This document shows, in pieces, positions 1-11,005 of a DNA stretch of 64,000 nt. The DNA is from an uncultured Actinomycetota bacterium (lineage in GTDB: Bacteria > Actinomycetota > Actinomycetes > Mycobacteriales > Mycobacteriaceae): contig CAVTKI010000003.1 of the NCBI GenBank assembly GCA_963735245.1, forward strand, positions 78,794 through 142,793, written 5' to 3'. The notes beneath the pieces were generated by a model. That model saw only the letters and a program-made list of their open reading frames with translations, was not told the origin of the DNA and searched no databases. The position numbers were made by a program, and so were the translations under genes. Positions within the stretch are counted from its first letter, which is position 1. Each line of letters starts with the position of its first letter.

Positions 1-499
1 ATGATCAAATTGACGCAGGCGATAGTACTTGCGGCTGCCGCGTTGATGGTCGTCAGCCCCGCGATCGCATCGGCCTCCCCCGCCCAGTCCAGCGAGTCCA
101 GCGGCCCAACCGTGATGCCCTTGTCCAGCAAGTTCCGCGCCTGCGACTTCACCCTGGAGAAATGGGTGAACGCCGTCGGTTACGCCAGGGGAATCGCGCA
201 CCTGAGCACCTCGGGATCGACCATCATCGCGCACCGTCGACATGGCGACCGCCGAGCCCAACATGCACTACGACGTCCGGGTCATTCAGACGCCGCGGGC
301 ATCGATCGGATGCGCCCCCGGCGCCCCCGGCGTGCTCACCGGCAGCATCCAGACCGACGCGGGCGGCACGGGCAGCACGTCGCTGCAGGGCCCGATCGAG
401 TCGAACGCAACCGGCGCGTGGGTGATGGTGACGCGCCCGTCGGCGTTCTCCCAGACGCCTGCCGAGTTCTACAGTTCGACCTTCATCGCCTCGATCTAG
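1..499 (+). CDS. Secreted hypothetical protein (frameshift near 235)
   Basis: Signal-peptide-like N-terminus (MIKLTQAIVLAAAALMVVSPAIA); reading continues in ORF 242..499 (MATAEPNMHYDVRVIQTPR...GCAPG...), which resembles small mycobacterial exported proteins. Confidence 0.6.
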
Positions 500-528
500 C
501 CGCGCGAGGCGCGCCGAGGGGGTCGGGC

Positions 529-943
529 ATGTCGTATCGGTTGAGCTGCGCCGCAGTGGCGGTGTTCGCGCTCCTCGCCTCGGGTTGTTCGAGCAACGAA
601 CCGACGATCACGCACACCCCCGCCACGACCACTGCGTCCGAAGCCACCGCGCCGTCCATCGCCGCCGTCCACCGCGCCGTCCAAGGAGGCCGACGCGCCG
701 CTGCCGACGCTCGATCCCGATGCCTGTGTCGACGTGACCGCCGCGAACCTGGATCTCGCGGTCGCCAACAACTCCGAAGATGCGCAGAGGCCAGCCGACG
801 TGTTCGGGAGGTACAACCCGCCCGCATCGGTCCAGGAGGCGATCGACCACTTCGTCGAGACCGGCGGCGTCCAGTACGACGATCCCGACTACGACGAGTA
901 CAACGGCCGCATCGACGCCTGGGTCAAGGCCGTCTGCCCGTAG
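529..943 (+). CDS. Putative lipoprotein (frameshifted)
   Basis: ATG at 529, lipobox-like LLASGC, Thr/Ala-rich linker; C-terminal part is ORF 734..943 ending WVKAVCP. Confidence 0.6.
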
Positions 944-1017
944 TGGCCCGCGCCGCGTGTTGACCCGACCCGGTACGATCGGAAACTAGAACACGTTCCA
1001 ATTCGTCAGGGGGCTGC

Positions 1018-1824
1018 GTGAACGCGACCGATACCGAACCGTCGGAGGTCACGAAGTGGGACCCTGCGCTCACCGAACGGGTGATGGGACTGCTCCGCCC
1101 GCTGATCAAGGGATATCACCGGGCAGAGGTGCGCGGGCTGGACGACTTCCCGGCGGGCGGCGCGCTGGTGGTCGGCAACCACTCGGGCGGGTTGTTCGCG
1201 ATGGACGTGCCGGTGTTCGCCACTGGCTTCTACGAGAAGTTCGGCTACGACCGCCCCGTCTACACCCTCAGCCACGACATCATCTTCACCGGCCCGACGG
1301 GCGACTTCTTCCGCAAGACGGGGTTCATCGGCGCCAACCACGAGAACGCCGACGAGGCGCTGCGCTCGGGTGGCGTCGTCATCGTGTTCCCCGGCGGCGA
1401 CTATGACGTCTACCGCCCGACGCTGTCCGAGAACAAGATCGACTTCGACGGCCGCACCGGATACGTGCGGGCCGCCATCAACGCAGGCGTGCCGATCGTG
1501 CCGTCGGTGTCGATCGGCGGCCAGCAGGCGCAGCTGTTCCTCAGCCGCGGCGAGTGGATGGCCAAGACGCTGCGACTCGACAAGCTGCTGCGGGCCAAGA
1601 TCCTGCCGATCTCGTTCGGCTTCCCGTTCGGGTTGAGCGCCGTGGTGCCGGTCAATCTGCCGCTGCCGACGAAGATCGTGGCGCAGGTGCTGCCCGCCAT
1701 CGACATCGTCGCGGAGTTCGGCGAGGATCCCGACGTCGACGAGGTCGACGCCCATGTCCGCCACGTCATGCAGCGGGCTCTGGACCAACTGGCCAAGGAA
1801 CGCCGCCTGCCGGTGCTGGGCTGA
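1018..1824 (+). CDS. Lysophospholipid/glycerol acyltransferase family protein (Rv1428c-like)
   Basis: NHSGG..D (HX4D-type) motif, VFPGG motif, GVPIVP; intact 268-aa ORF. Confidence 0.9.
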   Translation: MNATDTEPSEVTKWDPALTERVMGLLRPLIKGYHRAEVRGLDDFPAGGALVVGNHSGGLFAMDVPVFATGFYEKFGYDRPVYTLSHDIIFTGPTGDFFRKTGFIGANHENADEALRSGGVVIVFPGGDYDVYRPTLSENKIDFDGRTGYVRAAINAGVPIVPSVSIGGQQAQLFLSRGEWMAKTLRLDKLLRAKILPISFGFPFGLSAVVPVNLPLPTKIVAQVLPAIDIVAEFGEDPDVDEVDAHVRHVMQRALDQLAKERRLPVLG

Positions 1825-2151
1825 CTTGGTGGCGCTCACCGACCGGCTGGCCGGCGCGTTCGCAGCCGCGCTACAGGCGCTGCCCGGCGGCCCGCCCCCC
1901 GTGGTCGGGATCATGGCCAGAAACCACCGGGGCTTCGTCGATGCGCTGATCGCCTGGTGGCGTTCGTCGTCCTGACCGACGGCGCCTCCACCTCGCCGGA
2001 CGAACTCAAGGCGCACGTCCGCGAGAACCTGGCGAACTACAAGGTTCCGAGGAACATCACAGTGCTCGAAGGTTTGCCGCGGGGCAGTACCGGCAAGATC
2101 CTTCGTCGTGAGCTTCAAGAACTTCAAGCGAATGACGGCGATGGGTCGTAG
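1825..2151 (+). pseudogene. Internally deleted acyl-CoA synthetase remnant (fadD12-like)
   Basis: AAALQALPGGPPPVVGIMARNHRGFVDALIA joined directly to the AMP-binding C-terminus (LANYKVPR...LPRGSTGKILRREL); sits between acyltransferase and esterase as fadD12 does. Confidence 0.75.
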
Positions 2152-3369
2152 GGAACGTAAGCGGTACCCGTTGCTGCGGGCTGCCGCCGAACTGGCCAAC
2201 GCCGCCAACGCGGTGCAGCCGCTTGGCCGGGACGGTTACATCACGATTCCGGTGTTCTTCCTGGGCTGGCCCACCGGCGAAGCTGCTCCGGTGGTGGCGG
2301 GCGCGTCGATGCTCGACGCGCTTCGGCGCGGGCTGCGCGGCGACTTCAAGACCGGCCGTGGCCGGATCGCGTTGGCGCTCACCGTGCTCTCCTGGGGTGT
2401 GCTCGGGTTCGTGTACCGCCGGAATGCCAAGTCGCAGCACAACTTCGAGAATCCGCTGAAGGCCGCGCTCGGCGAGAACTACGGCGCGGTCGCCGAAGGC
2501 GAGCGGCGCAGACGCCGGGGCGGCGTGCTGCGCACGTCGATGGCGCGGCGGCGGTACGTCAAGAAGGCCGACATCGTCCGATACGGCCCGCACCGTGCCA
2601 ACGTCGCCGACATCTGGCACCGCGCCGACCTGCCCCTCGACGGTCGCGCACCGGTGCTACTCCAGGTGCCCGGCGGCGCGTGGGCGATCGGGATGCGCCG
2701 TCCGCAGGCGTACCCGCTGATGAGCCTGATGGCCGAACGCGGCTGGGTGTGCGTGTCGATGGCCTACCGGGTCAGCCCGCGCAACACCTGGCCTGCCCAC
2801 ATCGTCGACGTCAAGCGTGCCCTGGCCTGGGTCAAGGAGAACATCGCCGACTACGGCGGCGACCCGGACTTCGTCGCGATCAGCGGCGGTTCGGCGGGCG
2901 GGCATCTCACGGCGCTGGCCGCGCTGACGCCGAACGAGCCGGAATGGCAGCCGGGATTCGAGAACGCCGACACGTCGGTCGTCGCGGCGGTGCCCATCTA
3001 CGGTCGCTACGACTGGTTCACCCGCGAGGGCTCCGGCCGCCCCGAGTTCATCGGGATCCTGCAGCGCTTCATCGTCAAGAAGCGCTTGCGCACCGACCGG
3101 CAGGTGTACCTGGACGCGTCGCCGATCGCCAAGGTGCGACCGGACGCGCCACCGTTCTTCGTGTTGCACGGCGGGATGACTCGATCATTCCGGTGCAGGA
3201 GGGACGCGAGTTCGTCGAGGCGCTCGCGCAGAAGTCGGACAACCCCGTCGTGTACGCCGAGATTCCGCATGCGCAGCACGCCTTCGACTTCTTCGGCTCA
3301 CCGCACGGGCACTACACCGCGACCGCGGTCGCCCACTTCCTGGACTGGGTGAAGGCCAAACGCGGCTGA
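2141..3369 (+). CDS. lipO: Alpha/beta hydrolase esterase (LipO-like), frameshift near 3175
   Basis: VPGGAW oxyanion motif, GGSAGG nucleophile, HG..D and HAFD catalytic motifs across ORFs 2108..3352 and 2680..3369. Confidence 0.8.
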
Positions 3370-3394
3370 TCCGTCGCGCTTCGCCAGGTCGCCG

Positions 3395-4810
3395 CTACGG
3401 GGCCATTGCGCCTTCGACGACGGTCAGTTCCTCGGAAAGCCCAGCGGCACGGCGAATCTCGATGAACGCCTTGACCATGGCGTCGGTGAGTTCGTGCGGA
3501 TCCTCGAGGGTGGCGCCGTCGGAGAGCACCGAGACGTTCAGCTGGTCGACGTAGCTCCACACCGTGATGTTCAGGCCACTGCCCGTGGTGAGCGGGCCGA
3601 CCGAGTAGATCTCGGTGACCAGCGCTCCGCCGACGCGGCCGTGTTCGCGCGGTCCCGGCACGTTGGAGATCGGCAGGTTGAGCACCTTGTTCTGACCGTC
3701 CTTGTTGGCCAGCCAGCGGAACAGCGCCTCGGCCGGGGCGGGCGGGAAGTACGCCGACCACCTGCTCACCAGTTCGGGACCCATCAGGTGGTGGGTTTCC
3801 TTGGCGGACACCGCGGCATCGTGCACGGCCTGCACGCGGGCCAGCGGGTCGTCGAGTTCCACGGGCAGCACCATCATGACGCCCGTGAAGTAGTTGCCCG
3901 AGATGCGGTCGGGCGAGAAGTCGAAACTGACTGGGACGGAAGCCAACAACGGATGGTCGGCGTGGCCGTCATGACGCAGCAGCAGGTCGCGCAGGGCCCC
4001 GGTCGAGATCGCGAGCACCATGTCGTTGATGGTGACGCCGAGCTGCTTGCCCGTCTCCTTGACGTCGGCGAGTGCCAGCGTGGCGGTGGCGAACTTCCTG
4101 GTCCCGTCGACCATGTGGTTCATGAAGCTCGGCGGCGGCGTGAACGGGCGGGTCAGCTCCGGCGACAGCTTGTAGGAGCTCTTGCGCACCCGGCTCATGC
4201 CCTGTGCGGTGTAGCGCATCACCCCGGGCAGCCGTCGGATCTGGCGGAGGTGATCGGCGAAGGCCGTGCGCACCAACTCGGGGCGGGTGGGCGCGGGATC
4301 CGTTGCGTACGAATCGCGATCGTCCGGGGCGGTCTTCAGGTCCATGCCGCGCGCCAGCAGATTCGCCGAGGCCACGCCGTCCGCCAGCGCGTGGTGGATC
4401 TTGCCGAGGACCGCGATCCTGCCGTCGGCCAGCCCTTCGATGAAGTACATCTCCCACAACGGCCTGGTGCGGTCGAGCGGGGTGCTGGCGATCTTGCCGA
4501 CGGCCTCGTCCAGTTCGCGTCTGCCGCCGGGGCTGTCCACGCGGTAGGGCCGCACGTGGTACTCGAGATCGACCTCGCAGTTCTCCCGCCACATCGGGTG
4601 GTGGAACTTGAACGGGATGTCGATGAGTTCGTAGCGGAAGGGGTCGAGCTTGTGGAGTCTGGCGTGAATCACGTGGCGGAAGTCATCGACGCCGAAATGC
4701 CTGCCCTTCAGCTCCGAGATGTCGATGACCGCGAGCTTCAGGGTGTGCATGTGCACGGACGGCGTCTCGCTGTACAGCAGTACCGCGTCCCACCCGCTGA
4801 GCCTCTTCAC
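3395..4810 (-). CDS. Wax ester synthase/diacylglycerol acyltransferase (Rv0221-like)
   Basis: HHALADG catalytic motif, MKRLSGWDA start, SNVPGP motif. Confidence 0.93.
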   Translation of the reverse strand: MKRLSGWDAVLLYSETPSVHMHTLKLAVIDISELKGRHFGVDDFRHVIHARLHKLDPFRYELIDIPFKFHHPMWRENCEVDLEYHVRPYRVDSPGGRRELDEAVGKIASTPLDRTRPLWEMYFIEGLADGRIAVLGKIHHALADGVASANLLARGMDLKTAPDDRDSYATDPAPTRPELVRTAFADHLRQIRRLPGVMRYTAQGMSRVRKSSYKLSPELTRPFTPPPSFMNHMVDGTRKFATATLALADVKETGKQLGVTINDMVLAISTGALRDLLLRHDGHADHPLLASVPVSFDFSPDRISGNYFTGVMMVLPVELDDPLARVQAVHDAAVSAKETHHLMGPELVSRWSAYFPPAPAEALFRWLANKDGQNKVLNLPISNVPGPREHGRVGGALVTEIYSVGPLTTGSGLNITVWSYVDQLNVSVLSDGATLEDPHELTDAMVKAFIEIRRAAGLSEELTVVEGAMAP

Positions 4811-4831
4811 GCGAACCTCCTGCCCCGGAGG

Positions 4832-6055
4832 CTATATAACCTGCTTCTCGCGGACGATCATCCGGTTTCGATGAACTTCGTTGAGAAACAGGCCGATCGC
4901 CGTGGCCATCGAACCGGTGCGGGCACCGTCGGTCATGTCGAAACCGTGTCCGGCGCCGGGCAATTCGACGTAGCCGACCAGCGACCGCGACGTCGACCGC
5001 AGTTGCTCGACGAAGTCGCGGGCCTGCTGCACCGGGATGACGGTGTCACCGCTGCCGTGGATCACCAGGAACGGCGGGGCGTCGGCGTTGGTGCGGGCGA
5101 TCGGCGACGCGTCGCGGAAGATCTCCGGGTGCTTGGCGATCGTGCGCTTCACCACCACGCGTTCGAGGAAGTCGACGAAGCGGGCCCGCTCGACGGTGGA
5201 GCGGTCCTCCCAGTCGTAGCGGCCGTAGATGCCGACGACGGCGTCCACCGACGTGTCGGACCCCTCGGGCAGGTCGTTCTGTAGTTCGGGATCGTTTCCG
5301 GTCAGGCCTGCCAGCGCCGCGAGATGACCGCCTGCCGAGGTACCCGCCAGTGCGACGAAGTCGCGGTCACCGCCGAACTTGTCCACGTTGGCGCGCGCCC
5401 ACGCGATGGCGGTCTTCACGTCGGTGATGTGTTGGGGCCAGCGGTGATTCGGCGCCACCCGGTAGTCGATGGACAGGCACACCCAGCCCATTTCGGCCAG
5501 GTGCGACATCAACGCGTAGCCCTGCAGCAGCCGGCTGCCGTGCACCCACGCGCCGCCGGGCACGAACAGCAACACCGGCGCGGGGTGGGCGGGCAGCTCC
5601 TTGGGCCGCCACACGTCGAGCAGTTGCGACGGGCTGTCGCCGTAGCGCACGGAGGACCGGTACACGTTCTTCCGGTGCTCGAAGGCCTTCCACACGGGTG
5701 GGGTGCGTTCGGGCGCGGGCCAGGTGATGTCGAGATCCGCGGCGGGCACCACACCCCGCAACGCGGCCTCGGTCACGGCGTTCGTCGCGTCGCGCTCGAG
5801 TTTGCGCACCTCGCCGATCCCCGGCGTGAACCACGACTTCACGGCTGCGGACAGGAAGTCCGGCATGTGCCGAACTCCCCAGATGCTCATGGCCGTAACG
5901 CCGCCGAGTGGCTCGAGGTGCTTGCCGATGACCGGTAGCGACGTGGACGCCACGCTCATTGCCAGCATGTAGTCGGCAGGCCCCGCCTTCATCAACCAAC
6001 GCGCTCGAGTCGTCCAGGTGGGGCCGGGGTACCGGGTGTCCGGTCGAGCCGTCAT
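4832..6055 (-). CDS. lipC: Alpha/beta hydrolase esterase LipC-like
   Basis: VPGGAW, GTSAGG, HGSGD, HGFD motifs; directly upstream of WS/DGAT as Rv0220-Rv0221. Confidence 0.85.
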   Translation of the reverse strand: MTARPDTRYPGPTWTTRARWLMKAGPADYMLAMSVASTSLPVIGKHLEPLGGVTAMSIWGVRHMPDFLSAAVKSWFTPGIGEVRKLERDATNAVTEAALRGVVPAADLDITWPAPERTPPVWKAFEHRKNVYRSSVRYGDSPSQLLDVWRPKELPAHPAPVLLFVPGGAWVHGSRLLQGYALMSHLAEMGWVCLSIDYRVAPNHRWPQHITDVKTAIAWARANVDKFGGDRDFVALAGTSAGGHLAALAGLTGNDPELQNDLPEGSDTSVDAVVGIYGRYDWEDRSTVERARFVDFLERVVVKRTIAKHPEIFRDASPIARTNADAPPFLVIHGSGDTVIPVQQARDFVEQLRSTSRSLVGYVELPGAGHGFDMTDGARTGSMATAIGLFLNEVHRNRMIVREKQVI

Positions 6056-6129
6056 CGCGCGAGCGTACCCCGGTTACTCGTCGGTAAACGACAACTCCGA
6101 GAAGTTGTCTACCAGTGTCTCGACGTCGA

Positions 6130-6145
6130 TGTGACCTGTATCACA
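6130..6145. promoter_or_regulatory. CRP (cAMP receptor protein) binding site
   Basis: Perfect TGTGA-cctgta-TCACA in the divergent lipC / acyl-CoA dehydrogenase intergenic region. Confidence 0.75.
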
Positions 6146-6177
6146 GACACCGGGGCTCTCGGTGGTTAGGTCGAGCC

Positions 6178-8366
6178 GTGGGCAAATCTGCGCTAGCGAT
6201 CACCGACGACCACCGCGACCTCGCCGATGCCGCGAACGGCCAGCTCAGCAGGTTGAACAGCCGTGCCGCCGCCAGGGCGACGCTCGACGCAGGACCCGAG
6301 GACGGCGCCAATCACCCCGCGCGCCTCTGGTCGGCCGCCGCCGACGTCGGCTGGCAGGGTCTGGCGATCGCCGAGGAATACGGCGGCTCGGGGTTCGGCC
6401 TGTCCGAGTTGGCCGTGGTGCTGGAGGCACAGGGCCGCGAACTGTGCCCGGGCCCGTTCCTGCCCACCGTTGCGGCCGCGGTGGTGATCGACCGCTGTGC
6501 ACCCGATTCGGTTCGGGCGCAACTACTTCCGGGACTGGCCGACGGCAGCGTGGTGGGCGCACTCGGCTTGTCGGGCAGCGTCGTCGTCGGCTCGGACCTG
6601 GTTGCCACCGGTGAATGCGCTGCCGTGCTCGGCGCGCCGGATGCGGCGGTGCTGGCGGTCGTGGCCGGCGACGACGTCGTGCTGGTCGAGGCGGACGCCG
6701 ACGGCGTCACCATCACCGCGCTGCCGTCGCTGGACACCACCCGCAGCATCGGGTCGGTGGCGCTGCGCAACGTCGCCGTGACCGAGGACCGCGTGCTGCG
6801 GGGTGCAGCGCGGCGCGCCCGCACCGTGTTCCGCATCCTGGCGTCCGCGGAGGCCGTCGGAATCAGTTGGGCCGCATTGGACATGGCCGTGGAGTACGCC
6901 AAGGTCCGCGAGCAGTTCGGCCGCACCATCGGCACGTTCCAGGCGGTCAAGCACCACGCCGCGAACATGTTGGTCGACGCCGAGCAGACCACGGCGGCCA
7001 CCTGGGACGCCGCAAGGGCCGACGACCTGGACAGCGCCTGGTTCGCGGGTGCCGTCGCGGCCTCGCACGCGATCAGAACCCAGATACTCAACGCGCAGTG
7101 CAACATTCAGCTACACGGCGGCATCGGGTTCACCTGGGAACACGACGCGCACCTGTACCTGCGGCGGGCCCGCACGCTGGCGGCCGTCATGGCCGACGGC
7201 GCCGACCCCCTGATCGACGTCGTCGACGGCCAGCGCAGCGGTCAGGCTCACGGCGCCTCGTTCACGCTGCCCGACGGCGCCGAGGAGTACCGCACCGCCG
7301 CGCGCGACGCCGTCGCCACGTGGCGATCGCTGCCCGCGGAGGAGCGGCGCGACTTCCTGGTCGACTCCGGGTATCTGGTGCCGCACTGGCCGCGGCCGTG
7401 GGGAAGGGCCGCGGGCGTCCTCGAGCAGTTGGTGATCGAGGAGGAGTTCGCTGAGCAAGCGTCGGGATCGCGCCCGACATGGGCATCACGGGCTGGGTGA
7501 CGCTGACGATCGCGCAGGCGGGCAACGACGACCAGCGTGAGCGCTGGGTCGAGCCCGTGCTGCGTGGCCAGGTGATGTGGTGCCAGCTGTTCTCCGAGCC
7601 GGGTGCGGGATCGGACGCGGCCGCCGTCCGCACGGCCGCCAAGAAGGTCGACGGCGGCTGGCGGGTCACCGGACAGAAGGTGTGGACCAGCCTGGCGCAC
7701 CTGTGCCAGTGGGGTCTGGCGACGGTCCGCACCGATCCCGACGCGCCCAAGCACGCCGGCGTGACGATGATGGCCATCGACATGAGCGCGCCAGGGGTGA
7801 CGGTGAATCCTCTGCGGGGCATGACCGGGCACGCCCACTTCAACGAGGTGTTCTTCGATGACGTGTTCGTCCCCGATTCCGACGTCGTGGGTGACGTGAA
7901 CCGGGGCTGGCTGGTCGCCCGCGCGACATTGGGCAACGAACGGATCTCCATCGGCGGAGGATCGTCGGCGCCGACCGGTTTCACCGTCGACGACGTGGTC
8001 AAGCTGCTCGACAGCGCACCGGCAGACACGGCCGCCAGCTACCTCCGGCGGGCGGGTGAGGTGATCGCAGAAGGGCACACGTTGCGGTTGCTCAACCTGC
8101 GCCGGGTGAGCCGGGCCATCGCGGGCGCCGAGCCCGGACCCGAGGGCAACGTGACCAAACTGCTGCTCGCCGAGCAGTCGCAGCACCTCACCGAACTCGG
8201 TATGGACCTTGCCGGGGCGGCCGCCGTCACCGGACAGACGCCACAGCTGGCAACCACCTACTTCGGCAACCGCGCGATGACGATCGCGGGCGGCACGTCG
8301 GAGATCACCCGCAACACGATCGCCGAACGGATTCTCGGCCTCCCCCGTGACCCGCTTCTCAAGTAA
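6178..8366 (+). CDS. Two-domain acyl-CoA dehydrogenase (FadE6/FadE22/FadE34 type), frameshift near 7470
   Basis: REQFGRTIGTFQAVKH, HGGIGFTWEH, WCQLFSEPGAGSD, IAGGTSEI motifs. Confidence 0.9.
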
Positions 8367-8463
8367 CGGGGCGACAACGGCTGGCATAACAATGAAGCCA
8401 CGCAGGAGGCGCGGCGCGCCAGATTGTGACAAGCTTCAAGGTCGTGGCTAGCAAACCCGGAGC

Positions 8464-9852
8464 ATGGGCCGGGTCACCATCGTCGAGCGGCGGCGAGGAC
8501 ACCGTCGACCTCGCGTCGGTACTCGCCGCGCTCGAACGCGAGCGGACTCCCCTCCGCCGAACGTTGCCAGGCCACCCGGTGCGAACCGGCGAGGCTTGCT
8601 GACGCTGGCCCTGATCGCCCTGATTCTCGGCGCGATCATCCAGCTCGCCACGTCGACGCCCGAACGTGAGCGGAGTGCCTCCGGCGAGACCCGCGCCGAC
8701 GTGGTCTTCACCAATGCGAAGAGCGGCACCTGCCTGAACTGGCCCGTCGACGAACCGGACAAACCGTCGTTCGTGTGGTGCACGGACGACCACGTCTTCG
8801 AGGTCGCGAAGCCGGTCGACATGAACAACTTCGGTGAGCCGTGTCAGCTGGCGGTTCGCCACTATCTCGGTGCCAAGTACGACCCGAGCAGCAGGTTCAC
8901 CATCGGCGTCATCTGGCCGGGGGACTCCGTCGGGACGCCCTCGGGTGGCGGAAACCTGCTGTGCGGACTGCAGCTGCTCGGCCCGGGAGGCCGACCGATT
9001 CCGTTCAAGGGGAAGATCGCCGACCTCGACCAGTCCAGGGTGTGGCCGGTCGGTACGTGTCTCGGCATCGACGAGGCGTCCCGCCGGTCGACCGACGTGC
9101 CCGCCGAGTGTTCCTCGCCGCACGCCTTGGAGGTGGCCGGCGCCGTGAACCTGGCCACGCGGTTCCCTGGCGGATTCCCCGCCGAGCCCGAGCAGCAGGC
9201 GTTCCTGGCCGACGGGTGCGCCCAGGCGGCGGACGCCTACCTCGCCCCACGGAAGCTGCGCGAGGCCGGTCTGGCGGTCAACTACGAGACGATCTCACCG
9301 GCGAGTTGGGCGGCGGGCAGCCGCCAGGTGTCGTGCGACGTCGGTACCCGACGCGCGGACGGGTGGGCGCCGATGGTCGGCAGCGTCAAGCAGCCGCCCA
9401 CCGACCTCCCCGTCGTGAAGACCCCGGCGCCCGCACCCCCGACCGAGGCACCTCCGACCTTCGAGGACGCCCCCACGATCGCCGCCCGGCCGCCGGAAAC
9501 CGTCGCCACCGAGACTCAGCCGCCGCCGCGTCGCCGCCACGCCGTCGCACCCACGTCCGCGCCGACGTCCGAGCCGACTTCTGCGCCGACTTCTGCGCCA
9601 ACGTCCGCGCCGACGTCCGAGCCCACCTCCAGCGCCACCGCCCGAGCCCACCCCCGAGCCGCCCACCACCACCGCCACGTCACCACCAGCGCTCGGTCCG
9701 CCGCCAGGACCGCCACCCTCGGGCCCGCCGCCTGGACCGCCGCCGCCGAGCAGCGAGAGTGCCGAACCTGCGCCAGGGGTCTTCGAGATCCCCGGCATGG
9801 CACCCATCACCTTGCCCTGGCTCGCACCACCCCCACCGCCGCCAGCCGGTAG
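8464..9852 (+). CDS. Septum-formation family membrane protein with Pro/Thr-rich tail
   Basis: One TM segment, two Cys-containing repeats (GTCL...C...H..EV), Pro-rich C-terminus with indels. Confidence 0.7.
   Translation: MGRVTIVERRRGHRRPRVGTRRARTRADSPPPNVARPPGANRRGLLTLALIALILGAIIQLATSTPERERSASGETRADVVFTNAKSGTCLNWPVDEPDKPSFVWCTDDHVFEVAKPVDMNNFGEPCQLAVRHYLGAKYDPSSRFTIGVIWPGDSVGTPSGGGNLLCGLQLLGPGGRPIPFKGKIADLDQSRVWPVGTCLGIDEASRRSTDVPAECSSPHALEVAGAVNLATRFPGGFPAEPEQQAFLADGCAQAADAYLAPRKLREAGLAVNYETISPASWAAGSRQVSCDVGTRRADGWAPMVGSVKQPPTDLPVVKTPAPAPPTEAPPTFEDAPTIAARPPETVATETQPPPRRRHAVAPTSAPTSEPTSAPTSAPTSAPTSEPTSSATARAHPRAAHHHRHVTTSARSAARTATLGPAAWTAAAEQRECRTCARGLRDPRHGTHHLALARTTPTAASR
9550..9630 (+). 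repeat. 12-bp coding tandem repeat (PTSA/PTSE, about 7 units)
   Basis: ccgacgtccgcg / ccgacttctgcg / ccgacgtccgag units. Confidence 0.85.
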
Positions 9853-9853
9853 T

Positions 9854-10164
9854 GAGGGGGGGGGGGAGCAGAAGACAGGAGGAGGGGGAGAGGCAGCCAG
9901 AGCGGCCGACGGGCGAGCAGCAAAGCGGAGGGAGAGGCAGGGGCAGCAGGAACAGAGCACGCAGAAGACGAGACGGCAGCGCGCCGCAGCGGAGCGCGCC
10001 GGGCCAGCGCGCAGAACTCGACGGGACAGCGCAGCAAGCGCGCGCGAGGCAGCCAGCAGCCGGCGCGCGCAGAAGCGAAGACAGACGGCAAACGCGAACG
10101 GCACGCGCAGCGCCAGCGCGACGGCACGGCGGGAGCGCGCACGCACGCCCGCAGCAGACACGAG
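9854..10164. other. Nearly T-free low-complexity block (probable consensus artefact)
   Basis: Only one T (position 10018) in 311 nt; begins with a poly-G run; replaces the 3' end of the MBL gene. Confidence 0.7.
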
Positions 10165-10996
10165 TTTCGGATGCTGCCGTGATGGGGCAGCTTGAACACG
10201 GCGAGGTCGACCGGCGGGCCGCCGGGATAGCGGTCCAGCGCGCCGACGAGAACTTGAGGAAACGCATCACCGGCGAGTAGGAGGCGATGGCCGCCGTGCT
10301 CGAGGATCACCGCGAGCTGCTGCCGTTGGCCACCGAAGAGTCGCTGCCCGGCGGATCGTCGGCCTCCCCCAACGTGTCCGCGGGGGCCTGGTCGCCGAGC
10401 GTATCGACCGGCTGCAGACGCTTCTGGTTCGCCAGCCGGGCCAACGCCGTGGCCGTGTCGCCGGTGGCGAATCCCTCCTTCTCGACAATCGCGGTCCAGC
10501 GCGCGCCAAGCGTTTTCAACTCTTTGGCGGTCGGAGAGACCACGGTCAGCGTGGCGTCGCCGCCGAGCTTCGCCGTCGGTAGGTCACCCTCGGCCGGGAC
10601 GTAGATGACCTTGCCCCCGAACGCGGCGTTCCACGGCTGTTCCGACGAAGTCAGCACTGCCTGCAAGTATTCGCCTTCGCGTTCGTCGAGCAGGTCGCCC
10701 TCGTCGAGGGCGGCGTTGATCTGCTGCGTGCCGTTGAACCACACGTCGCCGAAACTGACGCCCAGGTGCGGTTCCTGCAGAAGACGCAGCACCCCTTCGA
10801 TGTGATCGGCATCGACGTGGGTGACGATCAACAGTTCGAAGTGCCGGTCGTCCGCGTCGAGCTGTTCGATCCTGTTCCGCAGATGCTTATAGCTGTAATA
10901 CGGACCCCCATCGATCAGGATGCGGCGGACCGGCACGCCATATTCGATCCACAGGCAGTCACCATGACCGGCGGGCAACATCTCCAACGACAGCAT
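10160..10996 (-). CDS. MBL-fold metallo-hydrolase (ComEC/Avs1a-like); 3' end lost in the T-free block
   Basis: LPAGHGDC, LIDGGP, THVDADHIEG (HxDxDH), NGSS, LLAGDA, KLPHHGS motifs across ORFs 10307..10996 and 9807..10310. Confidence 0.85.
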
Positions 10997-11005
10997 CCTG
11001 CTCCC

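Noticed and set aside
8425-8440. Second possible CRP site TGTGA-caagct-TCAAG
   Set aside because: Right half-site has two mismatches; too weak without data
9797-10195. Arg/Gln/Ala-rich ORFs over the T-free block
   Set aside because: Open only because stop codons need T; not credible proteins
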